Assembly (NCBI GenBank): GCA_965644295.1
Contig: CBFFRP010000169.1
Span: 1 to 64,000 of the forward strand
Source of the DNA: Paraphysomonas bandaiensis
Taxonomy: Eukaryota > Protista > Chrysophyceae
Length of the DNA: 64,000 nucleotides
Direction of reading: 5' to 3'
This document shows, one piece after another, positions 23,580-37,500 of the stretch. The position numbers were made by a program, and so were the translations under genes. The notes beneath the pieces were generated by a model. It worked only from the letters and a program-made list of their open reading frames with translations. It did no database searches and was not told the DNA's origin. Each line of letters opens with the position of its first letter. The first letter of the stretch is position 1.

Positions 23580-24855
23580 TTACGCACTTGGAGCCTCCGC
23601 GGCTGCCCGTGCTCCTGTATAGGTACTAGGATCATCATGTAACCTTACTGCAGCAGCTGAGGTAGTGCCATGTAGAGTTGGGCCGGAACAATCAGCGATG
23701 TGCTCTACAAGCGCGCTCACATCCATTCCCTTCTTCTCTGCTATCAGAGGAATTGCAACGGCACGAAACACGTCGAAGTTCACACGTTTCCCATGTACAA
23801 CACCGCTGGAATAGGATCCAGCAGAGGGTGCACTAGCCTTAGCTTTAGTTTTTTGAAATATCAAATCGCCATCAGTTGCAGTAAATTTTCTGTTTATGAC
23901 TGTAGCGTCCCGGAGGAGTTTGATAAAAGTCTTAGAGTCCATTTCACCAGTGGGACAAAACTTTAAAAATACTTGCTTGAGGGCATTTTCAGATTCAGAA
24001 TTTCCTGGCTTGTCAAAGCTATCAGGGTCGACATTTTCAGCATCTTTTTTGATCTACAAACTATTATATAAGAAACTAACATTGAGGTATCCGCGAATTA
24101 CCTCTCGCATAGTATCCACCCGCCGTTTCGCCTCTTTCTTTCGATGAATATTCTGAACCTTCAGTGCAGCCGAGTGATGAGCATCTGTAACCTCAATATC
24201 TTCTCCTTTAATTTTAATTCCACGAACGTCCGCTGCAGATCGGTCCAAGTTGTCTTGTAGATCTATGTAACTCCTTTACATACAGTCAATAAGAAAGTCA
24301 AATACTCTCACCAGTTTTAGGCTCAAAAGAAGGTCCACCTTGAGCATGTGCGCCAGTATATGTGTTCTTGTCATCGTGGAATCGATTCGCCTGAGCATGG
24401 GTTGCGTGTAGGTGGGGACCCTCACATTCTGCTAGTTTGGCAATATATTTTTCCACTGAAATTTCTTTCTTCGCTGCAATGTCAGGCACCATTCCATTAC
24501 GAAACACATTGTAGCTAAGGGCTTTCGCCGATGTGCCCTGCTTAGTTTTATGCTTCTGGAATATCAAGTCGGCATCTCCAGAACTAAACTTCTTCTTGTT
24601 TAGACTTTTGGTGTCTTTGAGTAGCTTTATAAACGTACGGCTATCAATTTCACCCCCATGACAGAAACTCAAAAAAAGATCAAACACTTCTTTTTCATGT
24701 CCCTCTGTGGCAACAGCAATGAATAGATCACGACTCACCATATGGTCGGCGTCTTTTAAGGCAGTGTAGTATACGGGGTTATAGCGATCCCCACAAGCAT
24801 TTTTTAACTCTTCCTCGGTCATCTTTTCTGGTAATGCGGATGCTGCGGAACCCAT
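23580..24855 (-). CDS. TPPP/p25-alpha family protein with two p25-alpha domains and a central IQ-like motif (3 exons)
   Basis: MGSAAS start; DSRTFIKLLKD...DADLIFQK...RFHDDKNTYTGAHAQGGP; intron 24263-24311 gives DLQDNLDRSAADVRG; AALKVQNIHRKKEAKR; intron 24054-24101; second domain MDSKTFIKLLRD...RLHDDPSTYTGA. Confidence 0.85.
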
Positions 24856-26742
24856 ACTTCTCAATTGTGTACAATATCTTGTAAGGTGATACTCAGGGGA
24901 AAGATTCAACAGAGAGAGGAGATATGGTTAAGCGGTGCAGTGGCGTTGACTTGCAGCGTAACTGCTCAATCACACCACACTGATATCCAACTGTATAGTA
25001 GTGGACTACAGTGGAATACAGTAAGTACAGAGAGTGGTATTGTCGTATGTACAGTCGTTGTAGGCAGAATAAAGATACGAGGGAGATCTGAATGCCTGCT
25101 CCGATGCATGACTCGCTGCTACTGGATGGGCGGAGTGATGTGATGTGACTGTCATGATAAGCAAAATAGTGCAGTGGAACTTATACACCAACATATCAAG
25201 AACTATAGTTTACATGCATGATTAAGGTTCTTTCTCCTCATTCTGTTACAAGCCGCTCCTTGCCATAGATAGCATTCACTAGAGACCACAGTCCTATAAT
25301 CATTTCATGCTCACAGTGTAGAATCTCCGTATAAACTGTATTGGGGTAATTCTATATCACACGTTCACCTATAACCTCCATGCACTTACGTAGCCAAGCA
25401 TATGCACTGGATAGCACACCACCAGTTGTATTGGGACCCATATACTGATTATGGCCCGGCACTTGTCTGTAAACCTTCTTAAGACTTCTTGATCTCTAAT
25501 ATCGGTGAAAGTTCAATTTAGCTCTATGAATATGCACAGTACTCTCGATAGGCTCAAGATTGAATACAGGTGATAAAGGACAAGTTGAAGAATTTTCGTA
25601 AGATGAACCAAGATTTTTATGTATTAGAAACAAAGCGTTTACAGTGATATGAGTATTTACACTAAAAAATCTGCAAAATTCCTCATATACAACCAAGAAA
25701 GGTGGCTTGTTAGACAAAATTGGGCAATAATATCTTCTCCCTATAGTTCCTGTGAAAAAATGGAAATATGTTAGACTCTGGGTAATGTTGATTCCGTTTA
25801 CGGGATAGGCGATACAGGAATGCCAATATCCAGTCCTCAAGTGACTACACAGTGCTTTAATTCCAGTTTGGAAGAATCGGACGTAGTAGTGCAGCAGTGG
25901 TTCGTTTACCAGATCCGGGGATTCAAGAAAGCACAATCAATAATCAAAGCCCCAAACTGAAAATTATGGCCAAATATTAGAGAGAATAAGACAACATTTT
26001 GTGGGGTTTTGCCGAGGATATATATATTTTGATAGAATTGTGCATGTTGTGACATTTGTTTAGCCATTGAGAGTATTTTATCCCCATTGTAGATGGTTTA
26101 ATACAATATCGTTGAATTATAAAAATTTCATTGGAATTTAGACATTTACTTGTGGCTTTATCGTATACCGTTGTTAACAATATGTACTACCAGGGGTTGT
26201 AGTTAAGTCAATCTACCTTAATATATATCTATTTAAAGTTTTTCTATTTTAAGCTTTTATCATGATATTCTTATGGATCAGTTATTCCTGCGTAGATTGA
26301 TTCTATCTAGAAAGCGAATGAAAGCTTCATTAAGTACATAAGTATTAGAGCCAGTGCGGTGAAGTTTTAATTCCTAATTTGCCTTCGGCGTTTAACCCAT
26401 ACCCATTCACGTCCACGTTCGGTGGTTGCGTATTCGATGCTAATTAAGCCATTCATATATACTATCTAGAGTACTGGAGTATTAATTCTGCTAATGTTTG
26501 GAATGAATCAATCAAACACATGATATCATATTATTATAAACTTGATTTTTTCACACAATGACATCTTGAGGTGGACTTGCCGTGTTCGATACACACCACA
26601 ATGGCCAGGAAGAGCACCACGAAACAATATATTACGACGGCCTCAAAACAAAGTGAACAAGCTCGACACGAATCTCTCAGTCATTACACATATTCCCGAA
26701 TTGATTACTGCAGTGCTTGCCTCTACTTGTGAGCTAATACTC

Positions 26743-27568
26743 TTAAGATGAGTCTTCGTCCCTCTGTCTTTTATAAGCAATCATTTCCGACTCATATCTA
26801 CATATCTTTGATTAAAATCTAAACGCATAATTTCGTGTACGTTACCTGGCCTTGTCTTTTGCGCTCATTTCTTCGTATTGGAGCTTTTCCTCAGCAGACA
26901 TAGCACGCCATCGTTCACCAATTATTTTCATAACCTCAGTAACAGCCAATTCCGGCTTTTCTGCCTTGATCTACAAGGGGGTTATTACGAAAGCCAATTT
27001 TAACAAACACACACCTCTGCTCTTGCAGCTTTTGAGAAAATAATATAAGATGAACAGGATCCTTTGGGGGCATTGGGGTCTTTCTTGGCACGCTTTCTCT
27101 TAACTCTGTCCAGCTCAGGGGGCCTGACGTAACCCACCATTTCAGCATTGTATCTACATATTCAGTTATAATTTAGAAGCATAGTCCATAAACACACAAT
27201 ACCGTTGCTTGTCCTGAAGGGCTTGGGCTTCATAGGGGGCTTTTTCTTCGGGGGTCATGGTTTTCCACCTGTCCCCAATCAGGCGACTGAGGGTACCGAA
27301 AGAGGCATCTGGATTCGCAGCCTTAAAATCATTGCGATTCTGAAAAAAGAACATGTAAGCAACATACGCTTAATAAAAAGGAAGCAGAATCATGGATATG
27401 AGATAAAACTGGCCCACCGGAGCATCACCAGGTCTAAGTGTTCATATGTATAGATTTGAATTTTACCTCCTCCATAAAGAACATATACGCATTTCTGGCA
27501 TGTTTGGGAGCATATTTATCCTTCTTAGGCTTCCCATGCACCTTACTGTGGCTTCTCTTGGCTGGCAT
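26743..27568 (-). CDS. Double HMG-box protein (HMGB-like), multi-exon
   Basis: MPAKRSH...KKDKYAPKHARNAYMFFMEE|NRNDFKAANPDASFGTLSRLIGDRWK...; second box KDPNAPKGSCSSYIIFSK...IIGERWRAMSAEEK...YESEM. Short GT-AG introns join the pieces. Confidence 0.88.
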
Positions 27569-27932
27569 AGTTCGTAGGTTTGTACTTGATGGGCGATATC
27601 TCTGAGGATAGATAATTTGAAATTATGATTGCAGACAATTGAGGTAAATTTGTGTAATTCAAAAAAAGAATTCCCACGTATGTACATAGCAACTCCACTC
27701 CATTCATATAGGCAAACTCCGTATCTTTTCTGCAGTTGAATATACAGTGACGAAATACATGCATAAAGATAACGGTCGATACTATATGTAAGAGGAAATA
27801 CAGTATGTATATAGACGGTAGTACAATTTAAATCATTTGAACTGTACTTTTACACTAACTGATATTTCACAAGACTGCTGCTGGTCGTGATGTCTGTATC
27901 TAGATCTCACCTTCGAGATGCTCATACACATC

Positions 27933-27950
27933 TACAGCAGTATACCGGTG
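27933..27950 (+). promoter_or_regulatory. Candidate cis-element in HMG/PNPOx divergent promoter
   Basis: TACAGCAGTATACCGGTG. Confidence 0.45.
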
Positions 27951-28193
27951 TATATCTATTATACGGATATCGATAGGAATAGGTTCCTATCCGAGAGAGC
28001 AGGGCACGAGGAGGATGTACATACAGTATACATACATATACATACCTCTCGGCCTCCATATCGGATGTGCACAGTGCAGTGTGTATATCTTTGAAGAAAC
28101 ATATACATTGCATGCTGTAGATACCGCATACAGTGTGTTCAGATCAGCAAAAAGAATCTATTCACGCGCCGCACATACACCAACTTCAACATC

Positions 28194-29102
28194 ATGGGAC
28201 GCGTGATAGGCCCCCCTATTCATGAAAGAGAGAAGGCCTGGCTCCTGAAGCAGCATGGTGAGTAGCGGCTCTCATATGCATCTGAGAGGTGAAGAGGTTT
28301 ATTGGCAGTATTCTTCACTGGATCGGCCCCACTGAGTGCAAAGAACAGAGTGAATGTCAGCCCCAAGTCGGCAAAAGAATTTCGTGTTGTGGATGAGAAG
28401 ACAGTAAGTATGCTTTGAATATGTTGAATCTGCAGTGATAAATATGAACAGGTGTGCTGGTTGGATTACACTGGTTCCGGAAGTGAAACTGCTGCGCATA
28501 TAATGGAGAACGGTCGGTTGACGATTATGTTTGTATCTTTCGAAGGTCCGCCTAAAATAATTCGATTTCACGGCATGGGAAGGTTAATAACACCATCGGA
28601 TGCAATGCTGATTGAAAACAAACCTATTTCTGATTTATTCGAGGGTGAGCTCATTGGTCAAAGAAACTATAGCTGTGGGTTTCGATGTATCATTGTCATG
28701 GATGTTAATCGAGTATCACAATCTTGTGGGTTCTCAATCCCGGAGTTTACGTACACTCGAGATCGCAAAACGCTAAGAGAATTTACAGAAGAGAAAGGAA
28801 CCGAAAAAATTAAAGAGTACCGTGGCCTGAAGAACAGCTTCAGTATTGATGGTTTAAAAAGTGTGGGCCAGCTTGAAACGGGAAGAATTCCTACGTCTGT
28901 GAACTTAGAGGGTGGCTATTACTTTGCTCAATACGGAGAGAGGAACTTTATGGGCGAAATGATGGTTTGTGCAATGATGTCATGGCGCAATGGAAAGTTG
29001 CATGCATTCCTTTACACAGTCGCCGTATTTTTATCCGGTGTAATTGCGGGAATTTTTTCCGTGGCTGCCGTAAGTCGTCCGTCAAGCATGCAGGAATTAT
29101 AG
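28194..29102 (+). CDS. Pyridoxamine 5'-phosphate oxidase-like FMN-binding split-barrel protein with C-terminal TM helix (3 exons)
   Basis: MGRVIG...KQH|VFFTGSAPL...RVNVSPK...|VCWLDYTGSGSETAAHIMENGRLTIMFVSFEGPPKIIRFHG...SCGFSIP...KNSFSIDGL. Confidence 0.85.
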
Positions 29103-29780
29103 ATGTCGAATAGAATTCCTACACGTATATCAACTTTGAACTCTTGAGTAGTTTTGAGTATAGCTGACGATTTATCTGTTCAAGTACGGTGTATATACAC
29201 GACATTGATTTCGACACATTTGCACAACTAAGAAAGTAATGATTTATACTTTAACTCCTCCCTAAAACTAAGTGCGGTAAATATATATAATCATACATTA
29301 TATATGGTCATTTACGATAGTATACAAAGATAAGTGATGTTTGATAATTAAAACTGTATGAGAATGGATCTTGACTATAATCAGATAGAATAACTTGAAG
29401 ATAGCAAAAATTCTATGGTCATGACTTCTGCAGCATTGTTAACCGAAGCAACATGTAAATATAACGAACAATATTGTTCTGAACATGTCTTCTGATATAA
29501 TGTGGAAAAAATGCACTTGGATCTCTCATGAAAACTGTATGTGTAGGCAATTACTTGCCGAAGTATTATTCATTTTCTGAGTCTCTGGTTTTTCGGCTCC
29601 AGCGGTGTAATGTGGTATCGTTAACTTTGAAAACACAGAATTATGAAATACTTCATCTTTAAAAGAATAGAATCTAGAATCCAAATTTGATGAGGCATGG
29701 AAATGATGAAATTTGACAACAAAGAAATGCATTGCATTTTAATTAAACACTTATTGCTATAAAAAGTAAGACATTCACTA

Positions 29781-29920
29781 TTGGTTGCATTTGGTGCTTG
29801 TGGTGACGCACAAGCAGCGTTCGTAGGATGTTAGATTTAAGCACTAGTTAGTTAAATTGCAATGCTACATCAGTCCTGGGTTTTAAACGCCAATTGCTAA
29901 CAATAAGACATTCACTACTG
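29781..29920 (-). repeat. Dispersed repeat family A, copy 4
   Basis: GGTGACGCACAAGCAGC...AAGCACTAGTTAGTTAAA...GCTACATCAG...CATTCACTACT, the reverse complement of 21825-21940. Confidence 0.75.
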
Positions 29921-30689
29921 TCTTATTTCTGTTCTGCTAACCCTAATCTCTGCTGTGTGTCTATCCTGTTGGAAATTGCTCATTTTAAGCTAGTAGATCA
30001 CAGAGAGATTGTCCAAAGACTAGATAGATTTATTAATAACGCTTACACGAAGTTATGATACAACACTAAATCATTTTGATCCAAGCATAGTATCCTACAT
30101 ATGCGAACCTCTCGTTACTGAACATATCTTGAAAGATCAAACTATTTCAGTTTCTCAATATCATTACAGCATTTGTACATCACTATATTTCACTGTATTC
30201 TTGTACATTGTCTTCAAGTGACATACTGGTATACTAGAATCAGATCCATATTCTAATATATCCAGTGAAATATCAGGAATCAACCAACAGATCCTAAGTC
30301 ATTTGTGTAAAATTTATCATGTAGCAAATCACATTGATTACACATGGCGCTGCAATTGTGCGCCATCAGGCTAGTATAGAACACGCTTGTATCTAAAATA
30401 CTTTGTAGTAGATAATAAATATGAATGCAATGATGAACCAATAATATTAAGCAAAAATGTCGTGAGATATGCCACCTACTTGTGTATGTCTGCCTTTTCA
30501 CTCAGAAATCCCGGGAGTGGTATAAACGTTGGGCATGCTCATACGCTTTGACTATCAATTTCCAATTAATTGACGCAGGTTGTAATCAACTATACCTGCA
30601 ATTATTATTTGCTGTCCCAATTTTAATTATTGCGATTAATTGACACTATTTAATACTAAACTACATTAGCAGCCAATATAGCTACCTCA

Positions 30690-31200
30690 ACTGCCATTTC
30701 ATTCCAGAGGCGAAGGTTTATGCGTAATAACATAAGTAGCTATTAAACGTCGAGGAGTTATACTCTTGCGCAAATCGGTCATAACAATCTTAGCTCCACT
30801 GAACAACAACTAATTGATCAAGTGTTTCATGCTGCGTAACGAGTTTGCTGGATAAGACGTGGTCGCGTCTGCTGCCTGCTACTATCAATCAAACGTTCCG
30901 TTGCGTCGTCATTTCGTCATCATCTTCATCATCCTCATCTGGCAAAACTATTTTAATTTGATCCTTTTCGGTCCGAGTTAGTGTGCCTTCATTGCCACAT
31001 TGAATCTTCACGACTGCTTTTCGAAAGCAGAGTTATGAATATGACGCTCGCCAAACAGTATCCAAACGTCGTGGAGGTCAAGCTGGTGTTCACTTTCCTT
31101 CTGTAATTGTATGCACCCTAGTTGAAACAATTCCGATTCCTCCCGTCTCGTGTAATGATCCATTTCACTTGGTATTGGACTTATCACGTCGGAACCAAAC
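30690..31200 (-). pseudogene. Degenerate hAT-like transposase fragment
   Basis: QLQKE...LDLHDVWILF...HNSAFEK/VKIQCGNEGTLTRTEK...DEDDEDDD...LFSGAKIVMTDLRKSITPRRL/LLMLLRINLRLWN (hAT dimerisation-like), with frameshifts. Confidence 0.6.
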
Positions 31201-31559
31201 TCGCATCGTCGCGAATGATTAGATAGAAGCTAATGTGGAGCCCCATTTGGTATGCGCAGCCCTGCTATCTACATCATTGTGTTGGATGCATAGATTAGTT
31301 GGACAAACTCGTGTGAACCCGAGGTTATGAAGGAATTTAATTCATAGGTTTTCGGGTAGTTAAATCGTAGAATGTACTTATAGTGACAACTACAACAGTC
31401 GACTGCCATTGCAACAGGATACTGAATCACATGAGCATTTCAAGTTATTACAATATCCACGGAAAGTAATGCTAAATACACACATCTAGAGGGAGATGAC
31501 AAAGACACCTCTAATACATTCTAACTTCGATACTAGTATTTTTATGTCTTCAATATAAA

Positions 31560-34500
31560 TTATAAATTAAACTCCTCCGTAACAGATATGCGTCTAGAGA
31601 TAGATCTCTCTAGTTCACGTATTGGCGCATTAGCACTGCTAATGCCATCTGCACTCTCAGTCGAAGGAGGGTGCACGCTCGAAAAGCTAGCACTAAAATT
31701 TGGTAGAGCCCTCCTGTAGATCTCCTCTATAACACCATCCGATGGAGAGCCACTCTGTGTCAAAGACAAAAATAAATACTCGAAAGCACAGGTGCGTTAA
31801 ATGACATACTCTGTAATACTGCCCAGCATCGTGGCATTCTTCTGTATCAGAATTCGTGCCAGAATCAGTAGAATAGTGGCCCACTAATTCGTCAAAATCG
31901 TCGAGCCATATCGGTTGTGCTCGATCATATATCTTCAACAACATGTCCTACAAACATAATTAAATATGACAATGCAGAGTTCATCGGACATACATCGTCG
32001 ATGTCAGTAAATGTATTACCAACTCCATATATATGTACGGGATGGCGCAGACAAGGGTGACTGTTATTGATCTTCATCCACACGTCATCTTTCGGTTTGG
32101 CACAAAAGAACAATAAACAGCAGAAAAGACAACAGCAAAACAGCACTAATAGCGGGATGATTAAAGGGAATCGACTCGTCACAGGTCGCTGGACATCTGT
32201 TTCCTTGGCCACCTGAGGAAAACTTGGTGCTGAGGTGGGCGGCGACGAGGTGTACTTCGCGACGGGATCTTTCGATATAATAGTTTCATACACCGCTAAA
32301 TTAGAAGATTCAGTGAAATATGTTTTAAATCCCGTAACTGTAGGTAAATTTCTTCCAGAAGAGAATCTACCCTGCGCAGGTTGGGGAGCGCTATCACACA
32401 CACATGTAGTAAATCCAGCAGTGAATTGCTCCACGCTGCACTCTTCTCTTTCACTAGATAAGCACATGACAGTGGTGTCATATTGCGGACACGTCAACTC
32501 CCACACCCCGAATGGATCAGAACAACTAAAATTAGCGATGTACGGAAACCCATGGGCTGTGTCATTACTGCAATCCATAACCACATTCAACTGATTATCA
32601 CAAAACTCAGTTATCTCAGTCGTAACGTTATTATCCGGTAAGTCAATATCCTTTATATCATTTTTTAACGTATATACAGTGCGGTTATACGAAGGGTTGA
32701 CACTATTAGTGGTGACATAGACTGCAGTCAAAAGTGTGGGTGATTCACTTGAGCATGTTGTGTTCACTTCATTACACTGCGAATCGTAACCGTTGTTGAT
32801 CTTTACCGCTGCTATCCCAAGAGATATACTGTCGAGTGACTCACCATCGACGATATTTGAGGTCGAAATATAGTCTTCCGAGCTCACTGGAACGACATCT
32901 GAAACGAGAGAAGGCCAGACACTTAAAGTGTGGAAGTCATAGTACCCCATTGAAAGGCTATATTGTTCTCCAGTTATTAGAGTAGAATATATAATTTGTG
33001 TCAGCGAAAGCATTGCAGTTCGAAGTGATAAGGTAGCATCAGCCCCATTCTGAAGTCTTCTCGAGCTGGATGTCTCATTGACGGGCAGTGTATCCACTAG
33101 CTGGTGCAGCTTATCTATAGCGACGGCAAGGTCAGTTAAAGGGTAATACTCACTCATCTCCTCCACAGGTATACTAGACACAACTGAAACCAAATCACTA
33201 GTATACTGAACAGTACGCTGCACTTGATCAACAGTCAAAAGTTGCCGATCAACCCAATAAGCGGATTGCATTTTCATAACCTCCACACGAAACTGAAACT
33301 CTTCCACCAGCGTGGCCATTGTGTCGTAGTCAGGAACGATATAGTCAACAATAAACGAACTTGCACCAGCAGTAAGCTCCGTTACATTTAAGCATTTTTC
33401 AATATATTCTTCAGAGTCAACACAGTCTAGCGATTCACCTATCAGAGAATTTATTTCTTGGAGGATGCGGTCTATATCGTAATGATTGGTCCCACTTTGA
33501 ATACCCATACGATAATTTCGCAAGGTGTTTGATTGGGGGAATATATTGAGAGTCTGAGATGCACTAGAATTGGCTCCGTAGACATCGGAGACAATGACTC
33601 CGACTTCTGTACTGAAGTTCGAAGCAGGACAGCCTGTTCCTACTTTGGCTACACCCCATGTCCGTAGCGATCTCTGCTGCAATATACCCACAGCGTCCTT
33701 GGAACATTTCCTAGACTGCACATAGGTATAGTACAGCGGCAGGTCTCCATCATCATCTACCCACCATGAGGCCCAGAGCGTATATACACTTTCCTCGTAC
33801 GTGGGATATACGTCTAATCGTCCTCCAGAGGGTGGGGAGTTTATTGCGACGCTAATTTCGTATACACCCTCAAAGCAGTTCGCATCACAGTTAGGGTAAG
33901 ACGTCACTCCCAGTTGTATGGTGTACATGGCACCGTTGGACAGTAAACTTGAGTAGAAACGAGAAGAAATTAGATTACTTCCACCAAGAGGGAACTCCAA
34001 CTCCGAGTGGACAACGTTTCCTCTTGTGATCCCCCAAAAGGCCGTGTAACTTTCATTGGGGCTAGATACGACGGCGTCCAAAACAAATCTACCATTTGAT
34101 GTTTGTTCCTTTCCAGCATCAAATGATAATGCTACATAGATAGGCAGTGACTCTACTACATTTATAACGGTTACAGCGAAAGTGCGCCGTTCTGCAGCTT
34201 GGTCAGTAACAGAAACTAAAAACGCTAATGTTGAAACATTCAAATACGATGATGGGATTCGCAGAGTTTCATCATGACTTGCGACCTTTTGAAATCCAGG
34301 GCATTCGTAAACCATGTCACTGGATAATAGAACACATCTCCAACTGAAATAAAGCCCAGCGTCACGACCGTACCGTCCAGTCACATCCTGGTCATAGCTT
34401 TGTGAAGCATCCACAATAAGGTCGCTCGCCATGGAGGCTGATTGATAACTGCCACCTGTTATACGCGCCTTCAATCCACCCTGTCGTATATAAACTCTAG

Positions 34501-37500
34501 ACTCGCTTATAGGCGACTGCACAGCACTCTCAGAGTTTAACAGGTTTCCAACTGGACCAGAGGAGGCAAAGGAGCGGAATATATACTCATTTCCGACACT
34601 CAAATTATATGATCCAACGATAAATTTGCGAGGGTCACTTGCAATATTTAGCTTCGCTATATCAGGGGACTTTTCGGCAGCAGCATTGATGTACACCTCC
34701 CATCTATAGAGAATGTCGAGGCCAGAAGCCGTAAAGTTACAACTGTTTACAGCATTATATCTAGCCCATGCCTGTGCAGTGTGGGACAGGGATGAATAGG
34801 AAACGCCTTTCACTGATCCGGTGGACACTACAACGGGGGAAACATATGTCGCGTTCGTGTTCGGTATATATTCAAAAGAAAAAGACCCGTACCCAGAATG
34901 GCCCAGATAGTTCTCCAGGTACAGTACGAACGTATGTATTCCAGCAGCAGTGAAAATATTTGTGGGTAGAAAGTTACAAGTAACTGACCCGGGGGTACAG
35001 TTTACCCACGCAAGTGATTGCATGTAATCCTCGAGAACGTAATTTCGTGTGTTGCTTGGATCGTACACTGCCCACGATATGTTCGACCATGGTCTACCTC
35101 CACTTCCAGAAGAGGATGATATATCCATTTGCAAACCAGGATGGCAATCCGACACAAAGTGTGAACCCAGGACGATCACATTCACATCGCTGCTCTGTAC
35201 CAAAAAATTGGATGATATCTCTACCACTGCAGGTCTCTCCGTTGGGTAATTAGACATACAGAAATCAGTTGACATACGACAGCGAGCTATTACTTTGCCT
35301 CCTAAGAAAGTAATATTATCTCCAACAAGAGGAAGCAAGCTATCACCGTAGGCTAGCGTAATGCGGACATGCCGAGGTGAAGTAAATGCACAAGTACTCG
35401 TACTTGACAGTTGAAGAGATGTGAATTCAGAGCATGGGAATGAATTTGACAACCCGTGTACAACTCCTGCATCTGTTTCGTGGTTATACTCCACAATAAT
35501 ATTCGATCCAGTGGCGTCAAAATACACAGACCCTACAATCGGTGCTGGAGGGATGCTGGTAGCATAGCTAATAGAAAGTACGGCAGCGTTATTGCCATCA
35601 CTAGGTGTGCTTAGACCACCCAAATGCAACGTGTGTGGAGCATCGATATGCAGTGCATATTCAGATGAGGATGGTCCTTCTATTTCAGCCGTGAAAAAGA
35701 GACAGCCTGGAGAAGCATTAGACGAAATGAAAAACATACCCGTCGTACTTCTGACAGTATCTGTAAAATTGAGTGCAGGAGGAGTGACGCGACCAGAGCT
35801 GTTTGGAAGCAGTTGAAGTACTGATACATCGGCTGGGGGAATACATTCAGTCCCAAACATATCGTGACTTCCCCAGTACATGCGTGGAATAATTGTGACC
35901 GAGACAGATGGAGGGCTACTTAACTGTACAATTATTTGCTCCGAAACTTCTCCACTTATTAGGCTACTCTGAGTGATACTCGCTTCAACAGTTTTGCAGC
36001 AATCTGTGGTGACCGCACACACTTTCTCATACACCACCGGCAAGTCCGTGGCAGTATATATTCCCGGAAAATTGATGAAGTCCTCGGTATAACACAGAAC
36101 CTTGTAATCCGTACTTCCTTTGAGACCAGACAAAATCAAGGTGTCATTGGAAGTTGGGAACAAATGCGTACGAGAAGTGCTACCTTCAGCCGCAGATATT
36201 GACCTCGTAGTTAGTAAATTTGGCAATTCCGCACCTTCAAATGCAGCGCAATAGATGTTGCCTCTTGCACTCAAGCTATAGACGACATCGATTGATCTTT
36301 CTTTAACAGTACAACTCTGAGTATATTTCGGCCATACTGTGAACTGTGTTGGTGACATCGATGGTAAGGATGTCGGTCCCGCTGTTGGCTCTGCGCTCGG
36401 CAAAGCAGTGGGAGATGCAAATGGATGCTGTGACGGGCAGGACGACGGTGAAGCAGACGGTAGCTCCGTAGGGACAAAGCTAGGCATAGGGGATGGAATA
36501 CTACTCGGGGAGGAAATCGGAACAGTAGTAGGTAAGTTGCTCGGGTGAATACTGGGTAAAGAAGTTGGCTCAGAACTAGGTATCGAAGTCGGATAACTCG
36601 AAGGAAGACTCGTTGGCACCAAACTTGGGGCACCTGTTGGTTGGCTACTTGGTTGACTACTTGGATGGCTGGTAGGTATGGAAGTTGGCTCCGCTGTTGG
36701 CTCAGAACTAGGTATCGAAGTCGGATAACTCGAAGGAAGACTCGTTGGCACCAAACTTGGGGCACCTGTTGGTTGGCTACTTGGTTGACTACTTGGATGG
36801 CTGGTAGGTATGGAAGTTGGCTCCGCTGTTGGCTCAGAACTAGGTATCGAAGTCGGATAACTCGAAGGAAGACTCGTTGGCACCAAACTTGGGGCACCTG
36901 TTGGTTGGCTGGTAGGTGTCGAAGTTGGCTCCGCTGTTGGCTGGCAACTAGGTATCGAAGTCGGATAACTCGAAGGAAGACTCGTTGGCACAAAACTTGG
37001 GGCACCTGTTGGCTCAGAACTAGGTATCGAAGTCGGATAACTCGAAGGAAGACTCGTTGGCACAAAACTTGGGGCACCTGTTGGCTCAGAACTAGGTATC
37101 GAAGTCGGATAACTCGAAGGAAGACTCGTTGGCACCAAACTTGGGGCACCTGTTGGTTGGCTACTTGGTTGACTACTTGGATGGCTGGTAGGTGTCGAAG
37201 TTGGCTCCGCTGTTGGCTCAGAACTAGGTATCGAAGTCGGATAACTCGAAGGAAGACTCGTTGGCACCAAACTTGGGGCACCTGTTGGTTGGCTACTTGG
37301 TTGGCTGGTAGGTGTCGAAGTTGGCTGCGCTGTTGGTTGGCAACTAGGTAACGCAGTCGGACAACTTGACGGGTTGGATGTTGGCTCACCAGTTGGTTGA
37401 ACTGTGGGAAGGGCGGTGGGATTGCCTGTCGGTACAGTAGTTGGCATGACAGTTGGCACAGACGACGGTGAACTCGAAGGATAGTCAGTTGGTTGGCTAG

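Noticed and set aside
25496-25936. 146-aa ORF and a PGSGKRT P-loop-like string in another frame
   Set aside because: No coherent domain; the P-loop-like frame stops after a few codons. At most an unidentifiable relic.
36565-37350. CRISPR-like repeat/spacer appearance
   Set aside because: The 'spacers' are themselves repeated, all spacings are in-frame multiples of 12, it lies inside a CDS, there are no cas genes, and the context is eukaryotic.
36641-37351. 236-aa Trp/Arg/Thr repeat ORF on the + strand
   Set aside because: Antisense shadow of the same minisatellite.
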